40,595 nucleotides of DNA from a virus: positions 1 to 40,595 of the IMG/VR virus record IMGVR_UViG_3300031162_000774; one strand, 5' to 3'. Shown here in pieces: positions 1 to 8,527 of this stretch (positions are counted from its first letter, which is position 1; each line of letters begins with the position of its first letter). The notes under the pieces are model-generated. The model made no database searches, was not told where the DNA came from, and was given only the letters and a program-made list of their open reading frames with translations. The position numbers were made by a program, and so were the translations under genes.

Positions 1-87
1 AAAGCTTCCACCTGTTGCAGTAGGTAATTTACATTCAGTATCGGTAGTACCACGAACAACAGCAAGACCGAAGTCAATTGCAGAAGC
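1..87. repeat. Terminal direct repeat: bases 1-87 are identical to 40509-40595 (circular-assembly overlap or short terminal redundancy)
   Basis: Read directly. Both copies spell aaagcttccacctgttgcag...gtcaattgcagaagc with no mismatch. The repeat lies inside a coding region that is intact only when the ends are joined. Confidence 0.95.
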
Positions 88-186
88 CTCAACAGTTCTA
101 GATATTACATTTGTTAATTGTAGATCAGCCATTTGACCTACAAAACCTTCAGCGTGTTTAAAATCATATGCAGTTTGAACAGACAT
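1..186 (-). CDS. N-terminal part of a 156-aa head decoration/cement-like protein; the gene wraps the window ends and continues at 40508 down to 40224
   Basis: ATG at 186-184 overlaps the TAA of the upstream scaffold gene (TAATG). An AAGGTG-like SD lies upstream. The translation MSVQTAYDFKHAEGFVGQMADLQLTNVISRTVEASAIDFGLAVVRGTTDTECKLPTATGGSF continues in frame across the junction (471 nt in total). It sits between the scaffold and major capsid genes. The EGFxGQxAD...IxFGxAV pattern recalls jelly-roll cement proteins of BPP-1-like heads (from memory). Confidence 0.6.
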   Translation of the reverse strand, partial: MSVQTAYDFKHAEGFVGQMADLQLTNVISRTVEASAIDFGLAVVRGTTDTECKLPTATGGSF

Positions 187-1352
187 TATTTCACCTTTTT
201 CTTAATATAAGCAGCACGAGCGTCAGTAGCAACTTTATCGTTACCAACTTTAACATCGTCTCTTTCTTTTTTCATATCGTCAGCTAACTTTTTAACAGAA
301 CTATCAGCAGCAACTTGGTCTTCTTGAACCATGTCATAACGTGCATCTATGTATGCATCTGATTTTCCATCAACTGAGATACCAAAATGTTTTTCAACAA
401 CAGCAGTTTTTATAGCCATTGGACAAATTGTTTCAGGCATTGAGTCACCCATTACAGTTCGCGCAAACGAAACAAGCTCAGCTCTCTCTGTTACTAATTT
501 ATTTAGATCTGCATCACTCATTTTAGAGTCAGTTGCTTTTGAAAGTTTAACTTTTAAAGTATCCACTTTTGCCTGTAAAGCGTCATTAGACTTTTCAAGT
601 TCTTCAACTTTTTCGCCTTCATCTTCAGCTTTCTTTACCACTTCAACCATTTCATCAGTTGAAGCTTTGCGTTCAGCTTCTAAAGCTGCAGCAACCTCTT
701 CAGAAACGTCAAATTCTATTCCATTAATCATAACCTTCACAGGAACTCCTTGTTGTATTTTATTTGCATCGACAATTATACCATGTTTTTTATCATTTGT
801 TATACTACATGACGGCCCACAGCGTCCTTTACTAACAATACTTAGATGATTTGCTATCATATCAACATATTTATATTGATAAGGTGTTCCATTATATACA
901 CCATCTTCTGCAACTAATTTAAAAGCGTAACCTAAAGAAACTTCTACTTTTCCATTTTGTGCTTTTTCTATTAACCCTTGATCAGTTACAACCATTTCAC
1001 CATCTAAATGAATTTCATTGTCTTTAGAATTACTTACATCAATATTAGATACTTGTCCTCTTTGAACAAATTTAATGTTTTCAGTATCAACCCATCTTTC
1101 AGGTGGATGCTCATCTGTTACAACAAGATTTTTATATGTATCTAAACTTTCTTTTTTAACAACTTCTTCAGGAGGTCTTAATACATTAAATATCTTTCCA
1201 GCATCATTACCTGTTAATCCTAATTCACGACCAACATATTCCTGAATACCTGAACGACATAACGTTACTTTAACATGAAGAAAACCAGTATGAGGATCTA
1301 TCTTATTAGATAACAAATTAGAATTATCTGTTGCTATATTTCTTTTTGGCAT
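186..1352 (-). CDS. Head scaffolding / maturation protein (DUF2213-like N-terminal domain plus charged coiled-coil C-terminus)
   Basis: 388-aa ORF. The N-terminus (GFLHVKVTLCRSGIQEYVGRELGL...LRPPEEV...VVTDEHP) matches my recollection of the DUF2213 family found next to capsid genes. The C-terminal half is Ala/Glu/Lys-rich and helical, as in scaffolds. It lies between the MuF-like and capsid genes. Confidence 0.6.
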   Translation of the reverse strand: MPKRNIATDNSNLLSNKIDPHTGFLHVKVTLCRSGIQEYVGRELGLTGNDAGKIFNVLRPPEEVVKKESLDTYKNLVVTDEHPPERWVDTENIKFVQRGQVSNIDVSNSKDNEIHLDGEMVVTDQGLIEKAQNGKVEVSLGYAFKLVAEDGVYNGTPYQYKYVDMIANHLSIVSKGRCGPSCSITNDKKHGIIVDANKIQQGVPVKVMINGIEFDVSEEVAAALEAERKASTDEMVEVVKKAEDEGEKVEELEKSNDALQAKVDTLKVKLSKATDSKMSDADLNKLVTERAELVSFARTVMGDSMPETICPMAIKTAVVEKHFGISVDGKSDAYIDARYDMVQEDQVAADSSVKKLADDMKKERDDVKVGNDKVATDARAAYIKKKVK

Positions 1353-1353
1353 T

Positions 1354-1614
1354 TTAGTTTCCTTTATATCTTCTATAGCTATCTAATTCTTTTAATCTAA
1401 CCATACCTTTTTCATAGTCTTTTCCAGTTACGTTACATTCAACTAACATATTGATTAAATCATTTTTAGCTAATCCAGCATATAATGAAGTTTTTGAACT
1501 CATTAAGTCAAGTTTTACCTTTTTTACATTCTTGGTATATGACTCTATATAATATTGACATTTATTAGCTGATAATGCAACAACTAAACTTAATAACAAT
1601 AAAATTTTTTTCAT
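1354..1614 (-). CDS. Small secreted protein (signal peptide), function unknown
   Basis: 86 aa. The N-terminus MKKILLLLSLVVALSA-NK is a typical Sec signal peptide with an AxA-like cleavage site. The gene is tightly packed between the MuF and scaffold genes. Confidence 0.55.
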   Translation of the reverse strand: MKKILLLLSLVVALSANKCQYYIESYTKNVKKVKLDLMSSKTSLYAGLAKNDLINMLVECNVTGKDYEKGMVRLKELDSYRRYKGN

Positions 1615-1657
1615 GATAATTCCTTTTAACCCGAATTAACGGACTCGGTATTTGATA

Positions 1658-2488
1658 TTATATCTTAATTACTGGAATAGCTACACATCTACAATTAATA
1701 GGTCGACCTGGAGAAGTTTTAACTCCATCAACAACAGGTAGATCATCCCAATCAAATACTTTACCATCTAATTTAGCATGACTTGCTCTTACTCTTTCAT
1801 CTTCAGAAGTTTCCCATCTAAATTGAGTGATACCTAAATTTTCTTGTCTCTTCTTATTTATAGAAGCGTTGAGGTTAGATGTTTCATTTCTAGCAATAAG
1901 TTTTATACGATTTTGAAGCTTACCATTAACTGATGATATATCTTTAATTCCACCAATCTCCCTTGCTATAGCTTCCCAACGTAATCCATTAGCTGTTGCA
2001 TTCATAACAACAGTTTCTATAGACTTAAAATATTCATCTGGTATACTTCTTATAAGAGTAACATTTTTGTTAACTTGAGCTTCAAGAAAATCATTCAATC
2101 CTTCATCAGCTATTATCTCAGTAAGATCAACACCAACAGAACGCTTAACTAATGTATTAAAAGCTTTTTCATTCTTCATAGATACACTAGCAACCATTTT
2201 CTGTGCAGTTGATTTGCCAAATAGATCTGCAATATTCTGATACTTTAAAGTTAATCTTCTAATAAGTTGCGATGTTTGATCAGCATATCCATCAGTTGCA
2301 TAAGAACTTTCTAAAGATTTAAGTAAAGGCATTAATTCTTTTTTAACATCTTCACGCATTGCTTTTGTTAACTTATTAAGTTCTTTAAAGTATTGAACAG
2401 CTTCTATTTTAGGTATAGGCTTTATTGCTATTTCAGCAGTGCCTTTTTTACCATTTTGTTTTGCTATTTCAAGTATATCAATTTTCAT
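1658..2488 (-). CDS. Head morphogenesis protein, Mu F / SPP1 gp7 family
   Basis: 276 aa, immediately downstream of the portal gene. The C-terminal block NETSNLNA...FRWETSEDERVRASHAKLDGKVFDWDD...PGRPINCRCV is the characteristic Mu-F signature. Confidence 0.85.
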   Translation of the reverse strand: MKIDILEIAKQNGKKGTAEIAIKPIPKIEAVQYFKELNKLTKAMREDVKKELMPLLKSLESSYATDGYADQTSQLIRRLTLKYQNIADLFGKSTAQKMVASVSMKNEKAFNTLVKRSVGVDLTEIIADEGLNDFLEAQVNKNVTLIRSIPDEYFKSIETVVMNATANGLRWEAIAREIGGIKDISSVNGKLQNRIKLIARNETSNLNASINKKRQENLGITQFRWETSEDERVRASHAKLDGKVFDWDDLPVVDGVKTSPGRPINCRCVAIPVIKI

Positions 2489-2490
2489 GA

Positions 2491-3846
2491 TTAGTTCTCA
2501 AGATCCTGGAATGTGTCAGTTTCATCTACAGGATCTTCTTCAAATCCACTATTAAATAAATCATCAGATCCATTTATGTCTTCTTCAATATTACCGTATA
2601 CTTGATCAGATGATAATTGTTTTTGTACAGTTTCAACAGATACAATACCTCTATCCACATATACAGCATCACGATCAGCGTTAGTACGCGAAATATTAGC
2701 TTCTTGCTCTTGAGACATTTGCCATAAAGGACAATATTCAAAAGCAACTTCCCTTGGTTTACCAAATGCTGAAGCATGAATTACATTCAATAATGTTTGA
2801 ATTGGATCAGTCATTTCATTTTCTTGACGACCTGAAATATCATCATAATAGTTAGTAAGTGAACTTTGTCCAGTATCACCTAAACCAGCTTCTTGTTTAC
2901 CTAATAATTTTGATGGTGGAACTCTTGAAGCTCCTGATACTTTTAATAAGAATTTATCATCAAGTTCAGCAAGACCTGAAAATGTATTTGATTTTTTTTC
3001 ATACGTATCTTTTGAGTCTAATGCAATACCGTTAATGTAGCTCTTAAGTTGATGTGCAATAGCTAAACGTTTTACTGCAGCAGCTTCACCTTCAGGTCCT
3101 AGAGCAATCATCTCATTTAAACCTTCAATACCATAAACATCTATATTAGCTTCTTTAGTCATAGTAGCAATTTCTAAAGATAATCCTTGACTATTACTAA
3201 CTGGCTGCCAAGTTTTTTCAAATGATGAATATCCCCAATAACCATTTCTTTCAAATTCTTCTATTGATGTAATTTCACCATCAAAACGAAGTACTCTAGA
3301 ATGATGTATTTGTTGTCCATTTCTTGATACAAGGTAATGTTCAGGTAAACCAAAATTTGATGATAGAAGGTTAGTATCTATTGGTCCTACCGTTACTCTC
3401 CAGCGATCTAATACAATAAGGTTCTTAATACCTTTATTTCTGATAGCAGATAGTGTAAGTTCTTCAGACATATCACGACCATCATTAATCATCATAATAA
3501 TAATTGAACCACCATAAGCTGAAGCCCATTTCAATGCTTGATTGATTTTCTTTTTAGCACCTAAACGACTTAATTCTTTCTCAAGAACTTCTTCTTTAGC
3601 TTCGTCCTCATCTAAAATCTCAATCCAATTACGCGTCATATCATCGACTGGAACATTAACAACGGCTGCAGCTAACCAATTTTGTGAATATAATGAAGAT
3701 ATAAATTCTAAATTCTGGCTAAGTAATGTACCCCTTTTAAAATTCATATATGTTTGAGCATCTTTAGAAGTACCCATTCCAGTTATTAGATTTTCAAATC
3801 CATCAACTGCTACGTGTAAATTCTTTTTATTCTTTTTCTTAGCCAT
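2491..3846 (-). CDS. Portal protein
   Basis: 451 aa with an acidic C-terminus, directly upstream of the MuF-like gene (the usual portal-MuF pairing) and downstream of TerL. Resembles the DUF1073-type portal family from memory. Confidence 0.8.
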   Translation of the reverse strand: MAKKKNKKNLHVAVDGFENLITGMGTSKDAQTYMNFKRGTLLSQNLEFISSLYSQNWLAAAVVNVPVDDMTRNWIEILDEDEAKEEVLEKELSRLGAKKKINQALKWASAYGGSIIIMMINDGRDMSEELTLSAIRNKGIKNLIVLDRWRVTVGPIDTNLLSSNFGLPEHYLVSRNGQQIHHSRVLRFDGEITSIEEFERNGYWGYSSFEKTWQPVSNSQGLSLEIATMTKEANIDVYGIEGLNEMIALGPEGEAAAVKRLAIAHQLKSYINGIALDSKDTYEKKSNTFSGLAELDDKFLLKVSGASRVPPSKLLGKQEAGLGDTGQSSLTNYYDDISGRQENEMTDPIQTLLNVIHASAFGKPREVAFEYCPLWQMSQEQEANISRTNADRDAVYVDRGIVSVETVQKQLSSDQVYGNIEEDINGSDDLFNSGFEEDPVDETDTFQDLEN

Positions 3847-3855
3847 TGTAAATCC

Positions 3856-4497
3856 TTAATGTGTATTCTGGAATTTTCTGCTCATTGACTTGTCCATGAA
3901 CCAGAACCCAACAACAGTACTTGTTGTAAATGTCAATAATCTCAACATTGTTTGAATTATATCATATAATTGATCCGCTGTAATTGCTATACCTAGTTCT
4001 TGATACATTCCAAATGCTATATATGTAACATAAGCTGAAAATACAACTGATCCATAAGTAACTAATACTCTTACAAGAGTTCTTGAAATATCAACAATCC
4101 CATGAATTAATGTAATTATAATTGCGATAGGAATAGTCATCCACGCAGTCCATTTATTTTCATTGAACATCATCTTATCGACCATTGAAGATTTAACATA
4201 ATTTTCTGAAAGTTTTAATATAGATTTATTTCTACCTTTACTCTCTTCAATATCAGCTTTACCTTCCATAATGATCTGATCACGTCTAACATTAGCTTCA
4301 ACTTCTTTTATTGTTGCTTCTGTTTCAGCAGTTATCATCGCCAAATTATTAGCATGATCAAGCTTTTTATTCTCAATCTTAAAAGCATTTGCTCTTTCAT
4401 CAGCTTTCATTTTTATCCAGGCTGTACCTAAACCACCTAATATACCAAATAAACCACCACTTAGACCATTGCCTAAAAAACTTAATATAGTATCCAT
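3856..4497 (-). CDS. Holin-like membrane protein (Gly-rich N-terminus, long helix, three C-terminal TM segments; GTA-type 3TM holin-like)
   Basis: 213 aa. Has an N-terminal GNGLSGGLFGILGGLGT, a central charged helix and three hydrophobic segments (WMTIPIAIIITLIHGIV, VTYGSVVFSAYVTYIAFGMY, LLTFTTSTVVGFWF). It is adjacent to a putative cell-wall enzyme. Confidence 0.5.
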   Translation of the reverse strand: MDTILSFLGNGLSGGLFGILGGLGTAWIKMKADERANAFKIENKKLDHANNLAMITAETEATIKEVEANVRRDQIIMEGKADIEESKGRNKSILKLSENYVKSSMVDKMMFNENKWTAWMTIPIAIIITLIHGIVDISRTLVRVLVTYGSVVFSAYVTYIAFGMYQELGIAITADQLYDIIQTMLRLLTFTTSTVVGFWFMDKSMSRKFQNTH

Positions 4498-4499
4498 AA

Positions 4500-4931
4500 C
4501 TATAACTCCTTTATGATTAATTTAAAATCTTCTTTATCCATAAATTCCATAAATTGTCTAACAGCTGTACGACTTGTTAAAACAGCTTTCTGATATTTAC
4601 CAAACTTATTCTTGATCTTACCTCTACCTTTACCTAATGCTATACAACCATTAAGATGGCTTTGCCATCCCTTCTCTGTATCTCCTGCAAAGTTTGCTCC
4701 ATGCATTAGAATATAAGTTCGATCCTCAACATCTGTAACATGAAAGGTAATACCAAATCTAGGAGATTTTCTAATCTTGCATATATACTCTTCGGCTGGA
4801 ATACAGCTTATACTTCTTTGGTTATTTCTATCAGGTAATTCTAAAGTATGCCAATAATCGCCGTTATGAACTATATATCCAAATGTACCTTCATCAGCTG
4901 AAGGCTCTCTGTATAAGTATACTGTTTTCAT
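4500..4931 (-). CDS. Putative peptidoglycan-acting enzyme (DUF5675 / L,D-transpeptidase-fold-like), candidate endolysin
   Basis: 143 aa. The pattern GTFGY...TLELP...NNQRSISCIPAEEY...ILMHGANFAGDT...LNGCIALG matches the DUF5675 phage family as I recall it (His/Cys pair as in the YkuD fold). It is flanked by membrane proteins. Confidence 0.45.
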   Translation of the reverse strand: MKTVYLYREPSADEGTFGYIVHNGDYWHTLELPDRNNQRSISCIPAEEYICKIRKSPRFGITFHVTDVEDRTYILMHGANFAGDTEKGWQSHLNGCIALGKGRGKIKNKFGKYQKAVLTSRTAVRQFMEFMDKEDFKLIIKEL

Positions 4932-4993
4932 TATCTATCTTGTTTGTGGTAATATTGGTCTTGGAGCTGGTCTTGGTTTAGGTGCTACCATTA

Positions 4994-5497
4994 TTAATCC
5001 TTTTTCTTTATGTTATGAATTTCATTAACTAATTTATCAATCTGCATTTCAAGTGTATTTAGCCGCCCTTGCGTTTCGGTTATTTGCTTGGGAAGGTTCT
5101 CAGTGAAAATAATCCATCTGAGAGTTTCTTCGTTGCTACCAACGCTTTTTTCAATACCCGATAGTTCTTTGCTGAGAAGTTGACCTTGGTTAGCGTTTTG
5201 CATTGTATTGCTTTGTATAGAAGATAAGACTTGTGTCATTTGAGCCATCTGTGCAACCATTGGTGCATTTGCTGAATTAGCAATATAGATAACACTACCA
5301 AATAATAAACCAAGTAGTGTTAAGATTGAAACAGTAATTCCTATATAACCAGTAGGTCCAATGGGCTTTGGTTGTGATTTTTCCACATAATCATCAAACT
5401 TTTTAAATAAAGTTTTAACTAATGTATTAAGTGTATGGACTTCAGCTTTGATTTGCCCTAAATCATGAGCTTGTTCCAATTCATCTGTTTCAGCCAT
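4994..5497 (-). CDS. Single-pass membrane protein with periplasmic coiled coil (i-spanin-like or holin accessory)
   Basis: 167 aa. One TM segment (YIGITVSILTLLGLLFGSVIYIA) is followed by Gln/Asn/Leu-rich heptad-like sequence. It is the first gene of the putative lysis cluster. Confidence 0.4.
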   Translation of the reverse strand: MAETDELEQAHDLGQIKAEVHTLNTLVKTLFKKFDDYVEKSQPKPIGPTGYIGITVSILTLLGLLFGSVIYIANSANAPMVAQMAQMTQVLSSIQSNTMQNANQGQLLSKELSGIEKSVGSNEETLRWIIFTENLPKQITETQGRLNTLEMQIDKLVNEIHNIKKKD

Positions 5498-5512
5498 TAT
5501 TTATTCCTATTA

Positions 5513-6037
5513 TTAACTTAATATAATTCCATGACAAGACACTTTAAAATAATCCATAAGCAGCAAATCATCTCTAACAATAATTTTTAAATCTTTATTT
5601 TTAATAACTGGAGCATTGTCATTATATGTTTCTGTAAAATCCCATGTTCCGTATATTGCGGTTTTTTTTGTAGATGCAAATGCAACTGTTTCAAGTTCAA
5701 CATTTGAAGATATAAGAATTGCGTCACCATTTGATTTAATCTCAGCTCGTGCAGTTATTATAGGAGTATCTCCATTAGCACTAAATAAAACTCCATTTGT
5801 TAGAGTTGCTATACTTCCAAATTGTTCTAAATCAACAATTGCATCTGCTCCAATTAAGAATGTTACACGCTGTAATAAGAAGTCAGTATTTGGTAAATCC
5901 TCTAGAGTAAATTCAACAGGTGTAACTGAACCATTAACAGTTAAATCATCACTTCCGGTTTTTTTAAACTTAGTGTAAAATGTATCACTTGTTTGAATTA
6001 AGTTAATATCTTGTTTTGAACCACCATACTTAGCCAT
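5513..6037 (-). CDS. Hypothetical protein (beta-rich), between TerL and the lysis cluster
   Basis: 174-aa ORF with AAGGA-type SD spacing. No motif recognised. Confidence 0.5.
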   Translation of the reverse strand: MAKYGGSKQDINLIQTSDTFYTKFKKTGSDDLTVNGSVTPVEFTLEDLPNTDFLLQRVTFLIGADAIVDLEQFGSIATLTNGVLFSANGDTPIITARAEIKSNGDAILISSNVELETVAFASTKKTAIYGTWDFTETYNDNAPVIKNKDLKIIVRDDLLLMDYFKVSCHGIILS

Positions 6038-6083
6038 AGTAAATCCTTATTGTTATTTTATAATGGACAATTATATCATGTTT

Positions 6084-7454
6084 TTAAGCAAGCATAGCAT
6101 CTACGCCTGAAGATCTTAGATTATAATATGACATAACAAAAGCATCTGCAACATTTGGTGATTTAACTTTACGTTTCTTAAGATCATCTTTTGACTCAAC
6201 TTTAATCTTACCAGACTTAGCAAAATCACGTTTAGGTGTAGATAACTCACTTATTAATTGATTAAGTAGTTTAATATCAGAGCTTATAGAGATAATATCA
6301 CTCTCTTTGAAATCGTCACCTTTTGTAACAGCATTATAAGTTTTCTTACAACGTTCAGCAATATCCCACCAGGCTTGTGCTTTTAGATTTTCGAAATAAT
6401 CTCTATTCTTGATCCCTGTATCTTTATAGTTTCTATCGGGATTTTCAACGACTGCACCTGCATTAAACTTCTTATAAATAAGGTTATGTACTGATCCACC
6501 TGTCTTAATATTGAAGTCTTTAAAGTTACTACCAGCAGAAGCACCAACACCTATTGAGTCATAGACAATTCTTGATCTATCTTTAGAAGCATAATCAAAA
6601 ACTCTTTTAGCACTTCTATTAAGTTCATCTTCAGCAGCTTTCCATTCTTCTATGTATTCACATAATTGACCATGGCGTTTCACTAGTGCATTTTTATCTT
6701 CACCGTCATCTGCAACATCAAATCCAACTACCTTTTGCCCAGAAGGTACAATATTTAATTTCTTATGAGCATCTACGCAAGCTTCTAACCAACTACGTTT
6801 AATGATTGACTCTTCATTATCTTGTCTTGGAATACCTAAGTAAATATGTTCATATTCTTCATAATCTTTTTCTTTCATACGTTTGATCTTTCTAAGCATT
6901 GTTTCAGACAAGAAAGGATTTTTATCATAATTGATTTGAACCACTATTACACCATTATCTGGATCATGATGAAATGTTTCAATAAAATCTTCTTTCATTC
7001 TTGGATTATAACTGATCCAACACTCAGCACCTTCTTTACGTATAGTAGGCTCTATAATTTGCCATTGTTCTTCTGTAAGACCTTCACCTTCTTCAATCCA
7101 ACATACATCAGCACCTTCAAAACCTTTGATCTCTGTAGTATTTTTATTCATACCATAGAAGAAGAATTCTGTACCTGTTACCTTATGTCGTATTGTTGAT
7201 TTAAGGAATTGAAATTGATCTTCTATACCTGCGGCTTCAATCTTTAACTTAAGTACAGCATAAACAGACTCTTGAATTTTATTCTGAAATTGTCTAATAC
7301 ATAAGAACTTTACTTTGAATTTTTGAGCCAGGTATATAGACCATCCAGCAATATCATGGGTCTTAGAAGAAGCACGACCACCTTTGATGATCTTTAAATC
7401 AGCTTTAGTAGTCCATACATATTTAAGATTTGGATTAAGTTTTAATTTGCTCAT
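6084..7454 (-). CDS. Terminase large subunit (PBSX / Terminase_3-like)
   Basis: 456 aa. Walker A-like KGGRASSKTH, Walker B VCWIEEGE, and a C-terminal RNase-H-like nuclease block VGFDVADDGEDKNAL. Confidence 0.93.
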   Translation of the reverse strand: MSKLKLNPNLKYVWTTKADLKIIKGGRASSKTHDIAGWSIYLAQKFKVKFLCIRQFQNKIQESVYAVLKLKIEAAGIEDQFQFLKSTIRHKVTGTEFFFYGMNKNTTEIKGFEGADVCWIEEGEGLTEEQWQIIEPTIRKEGAECWISYNPRMKEDFIETFHHDPDNGVIVVQINYDKNPFLSETMLRKIKRMKEKDYEEYEHIYLGIPRQDNEESIIKRSWLEACVDAHKKLNIVPSGQKVVGFDVADDGEDKNALVKRHGQLCEYIEEWKAAEDELNRSAKRVFDYASKDRSRIVYDSIGVGASAGSNFKDFNIKTGGSVHNLIYKKFNAGAVVENPDRNYKDTGIKNRDYFENLKAQAWWDIAERCKKTYNAVTKGDDFKESDIISISSDIKLLNQLISELSTPKRDFAKSGKIKVESKDDLKKRKVKSPNVADAFVMSYYNLRSSGVDAMLA

Positions 7455-7613
7455 TTACTCTGCTTTTGGAGGGTGTTTAACACTTTGTGCAGGTGGTGTA
7501 AAATTAGGTTTAGGAGTATAACCACCTGTTACATTTGTTTTACATGATCTAGCATTATTTGAATTAGAACTTAAAAAACAACTTAAAATTAAAAATAGTA
7601 TTAGATATTCCAT
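7455..7613 (-). CDS. Small proline-rich lipoprotein (o-spanin-like), 52 aa; not in the ORF track
   Basis: My own translation: MEYLILFLILSCFLSSNSNNARSCKTNVTGGYTPKPNFTPPAQSVKHPPKAE. It has a lipobox-like LILSC, an AAGGA SD 7 nt upstream, and its TAA is immediately followed by the TerL ATG (GAGTAAATG). Confidence 0.6.
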   Translation of the reverse strand: MEYLILFLILSCFLSSNSNNARSCKTNVTGGYTPKPNFTPPAQSVKHPPKAE

Positions 7614-7697
7614 TACTTTTTCCTTTTTCTTCTATTTATAAAGTATGTTCCTCTTATTAATAAATCTCTACTCATTATTTATCCTTGTATAGATCAT

Positions 7698-7883
7698 TTA
7701 ATTAACCGGTAATTCAAACTCTACAAGCTGCTTACATTTACATTCAACATAAACAATTGTAGTATATTCAGGATTATTATTATCATATTGTGTGAATACT
7801 CTATTAGTTTTACCACATACACATTTTTTCTTATATTCAGTCTTTTCATATATAGATGATTTTTTTAGTTCTTTACGGGTCAT
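7698..7883 (-). CDS. Small zinc-ribbon-like protein
   Basis: 61 aa with CVC...(28 aa)...CKC cysteine pairs. Tightly packed after TerS. Confidence 0.45.
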   Translation of the reverse strand: MTRKELKKSSIYEKTEYKKKCVCGKTNRVFTQYDNNNPEYTTIVYVECKCKQLVEFELPVN

Positions 7884-7885
7884 AA

Positions 7886-8341
7886 TTAATCCTTTTTATA
7901 TAGATCATTGAAGTTAAGCTGCTGTGCAATAACGGGCTTCTTCTGATCATTGTCTTTCTCGTATAATCCTTTATGTTTCATAAGAGACTCTAACGCTTGC
8001 TGCTTGTTATGCATTGTAAAATGTGCACCATACTTTGTTTCAGTATATGATTTGATTGCCATACGTTGTTCATCAGTAAGAGACTTAAGAGGTTTAACGT
8101 CTCCTTTAGCGTCATACATTGTTAATGGATCGAACGTAGCTATGGCGTACAATGTTCTAAGTATAGGATCTTTAGGTATTTCAAATTCAGCAGGAACAGG
8201 ACATGCTTGTATATATTCACGGATACGTTTCTTGTTTATGTCAACGTCATATCCAAGTTGCAGCTTAGTGTCTAACTGATTACGGGTCTTGATATATAAC
8301 TTACAAAACTTCTTTTCTTTTTTAGTTAACTTTTTAGACAT
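7886..8341 (-). CDS. Terminase small subunit
   Basis: 151 aa. The N-terminus LTKKEKKFCKLYIKTRNQ...LGYD resembles the Terminase_2 HTH region. It lies upstream of TerL. Confidence 0.6.
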   Translation of the reverse strand: MSKKLTKKEKKFCKLYIKTRNQLDTKLQLGYDVDINKKRIREYIQACPVPAEFEIPKDPILRTLYAIATFDPLTMYDAKGDVKPLKSLTDEQRMAIKSYTETKYGAHFTMHNKQQALESLMKHKGLYEKDNDQKKPVIAQQLNFNDLYKKD

Positions 8342-8410
8342 ATTGTTTTAATATCCTTTTTAAGTTCTTTTAGTTCATAAACACATTTAGCAATACTTAA
8401 TTTGTCTTTA

Positions 8411-8527
8411 ACTATCTGAATTTTTACTTTGTTTATGGACTGTAACATAAAACCAATATCCTTGCAAAATGAAATTACCAACAGATGCAATAGCGCCTAT
8501 TACTAAAATAGAATAAACTACTGTCAT
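8411..8527 (-). CDS. Micro-ORF, 38 aa, single TM segment
   Basis: My own translation: MTVVYSILVIGAIASVGNFILQGYWFYVTVHKQSKNSDS. Its ATG overlaps the TGA of the upstream 56-aa ORF (ATGA). Confidence 0.35.
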
